Shown one piece after another: positions 1 to 12,561 of a stretch of 64,000 bases of DNA (within the stretch, counting starts at the first letter, position 1; every line of letters starts with the position of its first letter). The notes under the pieces are model-generated. The model had not been told where the DNA came from, did no database searches, and saw nothing but the letters and a program-made list of their open reading frames with translations. The translations under genes were made by a program, and so were the position numbers. This DNA comes from Eledone cirrhosa (taxonomy: Eukaryota): positions 370,450,001 to 370,514,000 of the forward strand of contig OZ024742.1 of NCBI GenBank assembly GCA_964016885.1, in the 5' to 3' direction.

Positions 1-1125
1 CTACTGGTGACCTGGTCTTATACTGTCGCATTGCTTCTACTGGTGACCTGGTCTTATACTGTCACATTGTTTCTACTGGTTAACTGGCCTTATGCTGTCA
101 CATTGCTTCTACTGGTTAACTGGTCTTATGCTGTCACATTGCTTCTACAGGTGACCTGGTCTTATGCTGTCACATTGCTTCTACAGGTGACCTGGTCATA
201 TACTGTCACATTGCTTCTACTGGTGACCTGGTCTTATACTGTCACATTGCTTCTACTGGTGACCTGGTCTTATACTGTCAGATTGCTTCTACTGGTGACC
301 TGGTCTTATACTGTCACATTGCTTTTACTGGTGACTTGGTCTTATACTGTCACATTGCTTCTACTGGTGACCTGGTCTTATACTGTCACATTGCTTCTAC
401 TGGTGAACTTCTCTTATCCTGTCACATTGCTTCTAATAGTGAACTGGTCTTATACTGTCACATTGCTTCTACTGGTGACCTGGTCTTATGCTGTCACATT
501 GCTTCTACAGGTGACCTGGTCTTATACTGTCACATTGCTTCTACTGGTGACCTGGCCTTATGCTGACACATTGCTTCTACTGGTGACCTTGTCTTATGCT
601 GTCACATTGCTTCTACTGGTGACCTTGTCTTATGCTGTCACATTGCTTCTACTGGTGACCGGGTCTTATGCTGTCACATTGCTTCTACTGTTGACCTGGT
701 CTTATACTGTCACATTGCTTCTACTGGTGACTTGGTCTTATGCTGTCACATTGCTTCTACTGGTGACCTTGTCTTATACTGTCACATTGCTTCTACTAGT
801 GAACTGGTCTTATACTGTCACATTACTTCTACTGGTGACCTGGTCTTATACTGTCACATTGCTTCTACTGGTGACCTTGCCTTATGCTGAAACATTGCTT
901 CTACTGGTGACCTGGTCTTATACTGTCACATTGCTTCTACTAGTGACCTGGTCTTATACTGTCACGTTGCTTCTACTAGTGCACTGGGCTTATACTGTCA
1001 CATTGCTTCTACTGGTGACCTGGTCTTATACTGTCACATTGCTTCTACTAGTGACTGGTCTTATACTGTCACATTGCTTCTACTGGTGACCTGGTCTTAT
1101 ACTGTCACATTGCTTCTACTAGTGA

Positions 1126-4100
1126 CTGGTCTTATACTGTCACATTGCTTCTACTGGTGACCTGGTCTTATGCTGTCAAATTGCTTCTACTGGTGACCTG
1201 GTCTTATGCTGTCACATTGCTTCTACTGGTGACCTGGTCTTATACTGTCACGTTGCTTCTACTGGTGACCTGGTCTTATACTGTCACATTGCTTCTACTG
1301 GTGACCTGGTCTTATATTGTCACATTGCTTCTACTGGTGACCTGGTCTTATGCTGTCACATTGCTTCTACGGGTGACCTGGTCTTATACTGTCACATTGC
1401 TTCTACTGGTGACCTGGTCTTATACTGTCACATTGCTTCTACTAGTGACTGGTCTTATACTGTCACATTGCTTCTACTGGTGACCTGGTCTTATACTGTC
1501 ACATTGCTTCTACTAGTGACTGGTCTTATACTGTCACATTGCTTCTATTGGTGACCTGGTCTTATGCTGTCAAATTGCTTCTACTGGTGACCTGGTCTTA
1601 TGCTGTCACATTGCTTCTACTGGTGACCTGGTCTTATACTGTCACGTTGCTTCTACTGGTGACCTGGTCTTATACTGTCACATTGCTTCTACTAGTGACA
1701 TGGTCTTATATTGTCACATTGCTTCTACTGGTGACCTGGTCTTATGCTGTCACATTGCTTCTACGGGTGACCTGGTCTTATACTGTCACATTGCTTCTAC
1801 TGGTGACCTTGTCTTATGCTGTCACATTGCTTCTACTGGTGACCTGGTCTTATGCTATCACATTGCTTCTACTGGTGACCTGGTCTTATACTGTCACATT
1901 GCTTCTACTGGTGACCTGGTCTTATACTGTCACATTGCTTCTAATCGTGACCTGATCTTATGCTGTCACATTGCTTCTACTGGTGACCTGGTCTTATACT
2001 GTCACATTGCTTCTACTGGTGACCTGGTCTTATGCTGTCACATTGCTTCTACTAGGGACCTGGTCTTATACTGTCACATTGCTGCTACTAGTGAACTGGT
2101 TTTATACTGTCACATTGCTTCTACTAGTGAACTGGTCTTATACTGTCACATTGCTTCTACTTGTGACCTGGTCTTATACTGTCACATTGCTTCTACTGGT
2201 GACCTGGTCTTATACTGTCACATTGCTTCTACTGGTGCGCTTGTCTTATACTGTCACATTGCTTCTACTAGTGAAGTGGTCTTATGCTGTCACATGGCTT
2301 CTACGGTGACCTGGTCTTATACTTTCACATTGCTTCTACTTGTGATATGGTCTTATACTGTCACATTGCTTCTACTGGTGACCTGGTCTTATGCTATCAC
2401 ATTGCTTCTACTGGTGACCTGATCTTATACTGTCACATTGCTTCTACTGGTGACCTGCTTTTATACTGTCACATTGCTTCTCCTGGTTACCTGGTCTTAT
2501 GCTGCCACATTGTTTCTACTGGTGACCTGGTCTTATACTGTCACATTGTTTCTACTGGTGACCTGGTCTTATACTGTCACATTGCTTCTACTGGTGACCT
2601 GGTCTTATACTGTCACATTGCTTCTACTAGTGACCTGGTCTTATACTGTCACATTGCTTCTACTAGTGACTGGTCTTATACTGTCACATTGCTTCTACTG
2701 GTGACCTGGTCTTATACTGTCACATTGTTTCTACTGGTGACCTGGTCTTATACTGTCACATTGCTTCTACAGGTGACCTGGTCTTATACTGTCACATTGC
2801 TTCTACTGGTGACCTGGTCTTATACTGTCACATTGTTTCTACTGGTTAACTGGCCTTATGCTGTCACATTGCTTCTACTGGTTAACTGGTCTTATGCTGT
2901 CACATTGCTTCTACAGGTGACCTGGTCTTATGCTGTCACATTGCTTCTACAGGTGACCTGGTCATATACTGTCACATTGCTTCTACTGGTGACCTGGTCT
3001 TATACTGTCACATTGCTTTTACTGGTGACTTGGTCTTATACTGTCACATTGCTTCTACTGGTGACCTGGTCTTATACTGTCACATTGCTTCTACTGGTGA
3101 ACTTCTCTTATCCTGTCACATTGCTTCTAATAGTGAACTGGTCTTATACTGTCACATTGCTTCTACTGGTGACCTGGTCTTATGCTGTCACATTGCTTCT
3201 ACAGGTGACCTGGTCTTATACTGTCACATTGCTTCTACTGGTGACCTGGCCTTATGCTGACACATTGCTTCTACTGGTGACCTTGTCTTATGCTGTCACA
3301 TTGCTTCTACTGGTGACCTTGTCTTATGCTGTCACATTGCTTCTACAGGTGACCTGGTCTTATACTGTCACATTGCTTCTACTGGTTACCTGGTGTTATT
3401 TTGCCACATTGTTTCTACTGGTGACCTTGTCTTATACTGTCATATTGCTTCTACTGGTGACCTGGTCTTATACTGTCACATTGCTTCTACTAGTGACCTG
3501 GTCTTATACTGTCACATTGCTTCTACTGGTGACCTGGTCTTATGCTGTCACATTGCTTCTACTGGTGACCTGATCTTATACTGTCACATTGCTTCTACTG
3601 GTGACCTGGTCTTATACTGTCACATTGCTTCTCCTGGTTACCTGGTCTTATGCTGCCACATTGTTTCTACTGGTGACCTGGTCTTATACTGTCACATTGC
3701 TTCTAATTATGACCTGGTCTGACACTGTCACATTGTTTCTACTGGTGACCTGGTCTTATACTGTCACATTGCTTCTACTGGTGACCTGATCTTATACTGT
3801 CACATTGCTTCTACTGGTGACCTGGTCTTATACTGTCACATTGCTTCTAATCGTGACCTGATCTTATGCTGTCACATTGCTTCTACTGGTGACCTGGTCT
3901 TATACTGTCACATTGCTTCTACTGGTGACCTGGTCTTATACTGTCACATTGCTTCTACTGGTGACATGGTCTTATACTGTCACATTGCTTCTACTGGTGA
4001 CCTGGTCTTATGCTGTTACATTGCTTCTACTAGGGACCTGGTCTTATACTGTCACATTGCTGCTACTAGTGAACTGGTTTTATACTGTCACATTGCTTCT

Positions 4101-7100
4101 ACTAGTGAACTGGTCTTATACTGTCACATTGCTTCTACTTGTGACCTGGTCTTATACTGTCACATTGCTTCTACTGGTGACCTGGTCTTATACTGTCACA
4201 TTGCTTCTACTGGTGCGCTTGTCTTATACTGTCACATTGCTTCTACTAGTGAACTGGTCTTATGCTGTCACATGGCTTCTACGGTGACCTGGTCTTATAC
4301 TTTCACATTGCTTCTACTTGTGATATGGTCTTATACTGTCACATTGCTTCTACTGGTGACCTGGTCTTATGCTGTCACATTGCTTCTACTGGTGACCTGA
4401 TCTTATACTGTCACATTGCTTCTACTGGTGACCTGGTCTTATACTGTCACATTGCTTCTCCTGGTTACCTGGTCTTATGCTGCCACATTGTTTCTACTGG
4501 TGACCTGGTCTTATACTGTCACATTGCTTCTAATTATGACCTGGTCTTACACTGTCACATTGTTTCTACTGGTGACCTGGTCTTATACTGTCACATTGCT
4601 TCTACTGGTGACCTGATCTTATACTGTCACATTGCTTCTACTGGTGACCTTGTCTTATACTGTCACATTACTTCTACTGATGACCTGGTCTTATCCTGTC
4701 ACATTGCTTCTACTAGTGACCTGGTCTTATACTGTCACATTGCTTCTACTGGTGACCTTGTCTTATGCTGTCACATTGCTTCTACTGGTGACCTGGTCTT
4801 ATGCTGTCACATTGCTTCTACTGTTGACCTGGTCTTATAATGTCACATTGCTTCTACTGGTGACCTGGTCTTATGCTGTCACATTGCTTCTACTGGTGAC
4901 CTGGTATTATACTGTCATATTGCTTCTACTAGTGACCTTGTCTTATACTGTCACATTGCTTCTACTAGTGACCTGGTCTTATACTGTCACATTGCTTCTA
5001 GTGGTGACCTGGTCTTATACTGTCACATTGCTTCTACTAGTGACCTGGTCTTATACTGTCACATTGCTTCTACTCGTGACCTGGTCTTATGCTGTCACAT
5101 TGCTACTACTGGTGACCTTGTCTTATACTGTCACATTGCTTCTACTAGTGACCTGGTCTTATGCTGTCACATTGCTTCTACTGGTGATCTCGTCTTATAC
5201 TGTCACATTTCTTCTACTATAGACCTGGTCTTATACTGTCACATTGCTTCTAGTGGTGACCTGGTCTTATACAGTCACATTGCTTCTACTGGTGATCTGG
5301 TCTTATAATGTCACATTGCTTCTACTGGTGACCTGGTCTTATACTGTCACATTGCTTCTACTGGTGACCTGGTCTTATACTGTCACATTGCTTCTACTGG
5401 TGACCTGGTCTTATACTGTCACATTGCTTCTACTAGTGACCTGGTCTTATACTGTCACGTTGCTTCTAATGGTGACCTGGTCTTATACTATCACATTGCT
5501 TCTACTAGTGACCTGGTCGTATACTGTCACATTGCTTCTACTAGTGACCTGTTCTTATACTGTCACATTGCTTCTACTGGTGACCTGGGCTTATGCTGTC
5601 ACATTGCTTCTACTGGTGACCTGGTCTTATACTGTCACATTGCTTCTACTGGTGACCTGGTCTTATACTATCACATTGCTTCTACTAGTGACCTGGTCTT
5701 ATACTGTCACATCGCTTCTACTGGTGACCTGGTCTTATACTGTCACATTGCTTCTACTAGAGACCTGGTTTTATACTGTCACATTGCTTCTACTGGTGAC
5801 CTGGTCTTATACTGTCACATTGCTTCTACTAGTGACCTGGTCTTATACTGGCACATTGCTTCTACTGGTGACCTGGTCTTATACTATCACATTGCTTCTA
5901 CTAGTGACCTGGTCTTATACTGTCACATCGCTTCTACTGGTGACCTGGTCTTATACTGTCACATTGCTTCTACTAGTGACCTGGTCTTATACTGTCACGT
6001 TGCTTCTACTAGTGACTGGTCTTATACTGTCACATTGCTTCTACTGGTGACCTGGTCTTATACTGTCACATTGCTTCTACTGGTGACCTGGTCTTATAAT
6101 GTCACATTGCTTCTACAGGTGACATGGTCTTATACTGTCACATTTCTTCTACTAGTGACCAGGTCTTATACTGTCACATTGCTTCTACTGGTGACCTTGT
6201 CTTATGCTGTCACATTGCTTCTACTGGTGACCTGGTCTTATGCTGTCACATTGCTTCTACTGTTGACCTGGTCTTATACTGTCACATTGCTTCTACTATT
6301 GACCTGGTCTTACACTGTCACATTGCTTCTACTGGTGACCTGGTCTTATACTGTCACATTGCTTCTACTGGTGACCTGGTCTTATACTGTCACATTGCTT
6401 CTACTGGTGACCTGGTCTTATACTGTCACATTGCTTCTACTGGTGACCTGGTCTTATACTGTCACATTGTTTCTACTGGTTAACTGGCCTTATGCTGTCA
6501 CATTGCTTCTACTGGTTAACTGGTCTTATGCTGTCACATTGCTTCTACAGGTGACCTGGTCTTATGCTGTCACATTGCTTCTAGAGGTGACCTGGTCATA
6601 TACTGTCACATTGCTTCTACTGGTGACCTGGTCTTATACTGTCACATTGCTTCTACTGGTGACCTGGTCTTATACTGTCAGATTGCTTCTACTGGTGACC
6701 TGGTCTTATACTGTCACATTGCTTTTACTGGTGACTTGGTCTTATACTGTCACATTGCTTCTACTGGTGACCTGGTCTTATACTGTCACATTGCTTCTAC
6801 TGGTGAACTTCTCTTATCCTGTCACATTGCTTCTAATAGTGAACTGGTCTTATACTGTCACATTGCTTCTACTGGTGACCTGGTCTTATGCTGTCAAATT
6901 GCTTCTACTGGTGACCTGGTCTTATGCTGTCACATTGCTTCTACTGGTGACCTGGTCTTATACTGTCACGTTGCTTCTACTGGTGACCTGGTCTTATACT
7001 GTCACATTGCTTCTACTGGTGACCTGGTCTTATATTGTCACATTGCTTCTACTGGTGACCTGGTCTTATGCTGTCACATTGCTTCTACGGGTGACCTGGT

Positions 7101-10100
7101 CTTATACTGTCACATTGCTTCTACTGGTGACCTGGTCTTATACTGTCACATTGCTTCTACTAGTGACTGGTCTTATACTGTCACATTGCTTCTACTGGTG
7201 ACCTGGTCTTATACTGTCACATTGCTTCTACTAGTGACTGGTCTTATACTGTCACATTGCTTCTATTGGTGACCTGGTCTTATGCTGTCAAATTGCTTCT
7301 ACTGGTGACCTGGTCTTATGCTGTCACATTGCTTCTACTGGTGACCTGGTCTTATACTGTCACGTTGCTTCTACTGGTGACCTGGTCTTATACTGTCACA
7401 TTGCTTCTACTAGTGACATGGTCTTATATTGTCACATTGCTTCTACTGGTGACCTGGTCTTATGCTGTCACATTGCTTCTACGGGTGACCTGGTCTTATA
7501 CTGTCACATTGCTTCTACTGGTGACCTTGTCTTATGCTGTCACATTGCTTCTACTGGTGACCTGGTCTTATGCTATCACATTGCTTCTACTGGTGACCTG
7601 GTCTTATACTGTCACATTGCTTCTACTGGTGACCTGGTCTTATACTGTCACATTGCTTCTAATCGTGACCTGATCTTATGCTGTCACATTGCTTCTACTG
7701 GTGACCTGGTCTTATACTGTCACATTGCTTCTACTGGTGACCTGGTCTTATGCTGTCACATTGCTTCTACTAGGGACCTGGTCTTATACTGTCACATTGC
7801 TGCTACTAGTGAACTGGTTTTATACTGTCACATTGCTTCTACTAGTGAACTGGTCTTATACTGTCACATTGCTTCTACTTGTGACCTGGTCTTATACTGT
7901 CACATTGCTTCTACTGGTGACCTGGTCTTATACTGTCACATTGCTTCTACTGGTGCGCTTGTCTTATACTGTCACATTGCTTCTACTAGTGAAGTGGTCT
8001 TATGCTGTCACATGGCTTCTACGGTGACCTGGTCTTATACTTTCACATTGCTTCTACTTGTGATATGGTCTTATACTGTCACATTGCTTCTACTGGTGAC
8101 CTGGTCTTATGCTATCACATTGCTTCTACTGGTGACCTGATCTTATACTGTCACATTGCTTCTACTGGTGACCTGGTTTTATACTGTCACATTGCTTCTC
8201 CTGGTTACCTGGTCTTATGCTGCCACATTGTTTCTACTGGTGACCTGGTCTTATACTGTCACATTGTTTCTACTGGTGACCTGGTCTTATACTGTCACAT
8301 TGCTTCTACTGGTGACCTGGTCTTATACTGTCACATTGCTTCTACTAGTGACCTGGTCTTATACTGTCACATTGCTTCTACTAGTGACTGGTCTTATACT
8401 GTCACATTGCTTCTACTGGTGACCTGGTCTTATACTGTCACATTGTTTCTACTGGTGACCTGGTCTTATACTGTCACATTGCTTCTACAGGTGACCTGGT
8501 CTTATACTGTCACATTGCTTCTACTGGTGACCTGGTCTTATACTGTCACATTGTTTCTACTGGTTAACTGGCCTTATGCTGTCACATTGCTTCTACTGGT
8601 TAACTGGTCTTATGCTGTCACATTGCTTCTACAGGTGACCTGGTCTTATGCTGTCACATTGCTTCTACAGGTGACCTGGTCATATACTGTCACATTGCTT
8701 CTACTGGTGACCTGGTCTTATACTGTCACATTGCTTTTACTGGTGACTTGGTCTTATACTGTCACATTGCTTCTACTGGTGACCTGGTCTTATACTGTCA
8801 CATTGCTTCTACTGGTGAACTTCTCTTATCCTGTCACATTGCTTCTAATAGTGAACTGGTCTTATACTGTCACATTGCTTCTACTGGTGACCTGGTCTTA
8901 TGCTGTCACATTGCTTCTACAGGTGACCTGGTCTTATACTGTCACATTGCTTCTACTGGTGACCTGGCCTTATGCTGACACATTGCTTCTACTGGTGACC
9001 TTGTCTTATGCTGTCACATTGCTTCTACTGGTGACCTTGTCTTATGCTGTCACATTGCTTCTACAGGTGACCTGGTCTTATACTGTCACATTGCTTCTAC
9101 TGGTTACCTGGTGTTATTTTGCCACATTGTTTCTACTGGTGACCTTGTCTTATACTGTCATATTGCTTCTACTGGTGACCTGGTCTTATACTGTCACATT
9201 GCTTCTACTAGTGACCTGGTCTTATACTGTCACATTGCTTCTACTGGTGACCTGGTCTTATGCTGTCACATTGCTTCTACTGGTGACCTGATCTTATACT
9301 GTCACATTGCTTCTACTGGTGACCTGGTCTTATACTGTCACATTGCTTCTCCTGGTTACCTGGTCTTATGCTGCCACATTGTTTCTACTGGTGACCTGGT
9401 CTTATACTGTCACATTGCTTCTAATTATGACCTGGTCTGACACTGTCACATTGTTTCTACTGGTGACCTGGTCTTATACTGTCACATTGCTTCTACTGGT
9501 GACCTGATCTTATACTGTCACATTGCTTCTACTGGTGACCTGGTCTTATACTGTCACATTGCTTCTAATCGTGACCTGATCTTATGCTGTCACATTGCTT
9601 CTACTGGTGACCTGGTCTTATACTGTCACATTGCTTCTACTGGTGACCTGGTCTTATACTGTCACATTGCTTCTACTGGTGACATGGTCTTATACTGTCA
9701 CATTGCTTCTACTGGTGACCTGGTCTTATGCTGTTACATTGCTTCTACTAGGGACCTGGTCTTATACTGTCACATTGCTGCTACTAGTGAACTGGTTTTA
9801 TACTGTCACATTGCTTCTACTAGTGAACTGGTCTTATACTGTCACATTGCTTCTACTTGTGACCTGGTCTTATACTGTCACATTGCTTCTACTGGTGACC
9901 TGGTCTTATACTGTCACATTGCTTCTACTGGTGCGCTTGTCTTATACTGTCACATTGCTTCTACTAGTGAACTGGTCTTATGCTGTCACATGGCTTCTAC
10001 GGTGACCTGGTCTTATACTTTCACATTGCTTCTACTTGTGATATGGTCTTATACTGTCACATTGCTTCTACTGGTGACCTGGTCTTATGCTGTCACATTG

Positions 10101-12561
10101 CTTCTACTGGTGACCTGATCTTATACTGTCACATTGCTTCTACTGGTGACCTGGTCTTATACTGTCACATTGCTTCTCCTGGTTACCTGGTCTTATGCTG
10201 CCACATTGTTTCTACTGGTGACCTGGTCTTATACTGTCACATTGCTTCTAATTATGACCTGGTCTTACACTGTCACATTGTTTCTACTGGTGACCTGGTC
10301 TTATACTGTCACATTGCTTCTACTGGTGACCTGATCTTATACTGTCACATTGCTTCTACTGGTGACCTTGTCTTATACTGTCACATTACTTCTACTGATG
10401 ACCTGGTCTTATCCTGTCACATTGCTTCTACTAGTGACCTGGTCTTATACTGTCACATTGCTTCTACTGGTGACCTTGTCTTATGCTGTCACATTGCTTC
10501 TACTGGTGACCTGGTCTTATGCTGTCACATTGCTTCTACTGTTGACCTGGTCTTATAATGTCACATTGCTTCTACTGGTGACCTGGTCTTATGCTGTCAC
10601 ATTGCTTCTACTGGTGACCTGGTATTATACTGTCATATTGCTTCTACTAGTGACCTTGTCTTATACTGTCACATTGCTTCTACTAGTGACCTGGTCTTAT
10701 ACTGTCACATTGCTTCTAGTGGTGACCTGGTCTTATACTGTCACATTGCTTCTACTAGTGACCTGGTCTTATACTGTCACATTGCTTCTACTCGTGACCT
10801 GGTCTTATGCTGTCACATTGCTACTACTGGTGACCTTGTCTTATACTGTCACATTGCTTCTACTAGTGACCTGGTCTTATGCTGTCACATTGCTTCTACT
10901 GGTGATCTCGTCTTATACTGTCACATTTCTTCTACTATAGACCTGGTCTTATACTGTCACATTGCTTCTAGTGGTGACCTGGTCTTATACAGTCACATTG
11001 CTTCTACTGGTGATCTGGTCTTATAATGTCACATTGCTTCTACTGGTGACCTGGTCTTATACTGTCACATTGCTTCTACTGGTGACCTGGTCTTATACTG
11101 TCACATTGCTTCTACTGGTGACCTGGTCTTATACTGTCACATTGCTTCTACTAGTGACCTGGTCTTATACTGTCACGTTGCTTCTAATGGTGACCTGGTC
11201 TTATACTATCACATTGCTTCTACTAGTGACCTGGTCGTATACTGTCACATTGCTTCTACTAGTGACCTGTTCTTATACTGTCACATTGCTTCTACTGGTG
11301 ACCTGGGCTTATGCTGTCACATTGCTTCTACTGGTGACCTGGTCTTATACTGTCACATTGCTTCTACTGGTGACCTGGTCTTATACTATCACATTGCTTC
11401 TACTAGTGACCTGGTCTTATACTGTCACATCGCTTCTACTGGTGACCTGGTCTTATACTGTCACATTGCTTCTACTAGAGACCTGGTTTTATACTGTCAC
11501 ATTGCTTCTACTGGTGACCTGGTCTTATACTGTCACATTGCTTCTACTAGTGACCTGGTCTTATACTGGCACATTGCTTCTACTGGTGACCTGGTCTTAT
11601 ACTATCACATTGCTTCTACTAGTGACCTGGTCTTATACTGTCACATCGCTTCTACTGGTGACCTGGTCTTATACTGTCACATTGCTTCTACTAGTGACCT
11701 GGTCTTATACTGTCACGTTGCTTCTACTAGTGACTGGTCTTATACTGTCACATTGCTTCTACTGGTGACCTGGTCTTATACTGTCACATTGCTTCTACTG
11801 GTGACCTGGTCTTATAATGTCACATTGCTTCTACAGGTGACATGGTCTTATACTGTCACATTTCTTCTACTAGTGACCAGGTCTTATACTGTCACATTGC
11901 TTCTACTGGTGACCTTGTCTTATGCTGTCACATTGCTTCTACTGGTGACCTGGTCTTATGCTGTCACATTGCTTCTACTGTTGACCTGGTCTTATACTGT
12001 CACATTGCTTCTACTATTGACCTGGTCTTACACTGTCACATTGCTTCTACTGGTGACCTGGTCTTATACTGTCACATTGCTTCTACTGGTGACCTGGTCT
12101 TATACTGTCACATTGCTTCTACTGGTGACCTGGTCTTATACTGTCACATTGCTTCTACTGGTGACCTGGTCTTATACTGTCACATTGTTTCTACTGGTTA
12201 ACTGGCCTTATGCTGTCACATTGCTTCTACTGGTTAACTGGTCTTATGCTGTCACATTGCTTCTACAGGTGACCTGGTCTTATGCTGTCACATTGCTTCT
12301 AGAGGTGACCTGGTCATATACTGTCACATTGCTTCTACTGGTGACCTGGTCTTATACTGTCACATTGCTTCTACTGGTGACCTGGTCTTATACTGTCAGA
12401 TTGCTTCTACTGGTGACCTGGTCTTATACTGTCACATTGCTTTTACTGGTGACTTGGTCTTATACTGTCACATTGCTTCTACTGGTGACCTGGTCTTATA
12501 CTGTCACATTGCTTCTACTGGTGAACTTCTCTTATCCTGTCACATTGCTTCTAATAGTGAA
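1126..12561. repeat. Tandem duplication, 2 x 5718 bp (159 monomers, six of them 35 bp)
   Basis: Constant ORF offset of 5718 (1539/7257, 2284/8002, 4632/10350, 6035/11753). 159x36-6=5718, matching six 1-bp deletions per copy. The copies share private variants (GTGAAGTGG, GGTCTGACAC, TGCTACTACT). Confidence 0.95.

Noticed and set aside
6-16. BstEII (GGTGACC), SexAI (ACCTGGT) and Dcm (CCTGG) sites in each unit as a restriction-modification signal
   Set aside because: These are a by-product of the dyad and there is no prokaryotic context. They are useful only for producing a 36-bp restriction ladder experimentally.
63-69. CACATTG as a V(D)J RSS heptamer (6/7 match to CACAGTG)
   Set aside because: No ACAAAAACC-like nonamer at 12 or 23 bp and no gene segments.
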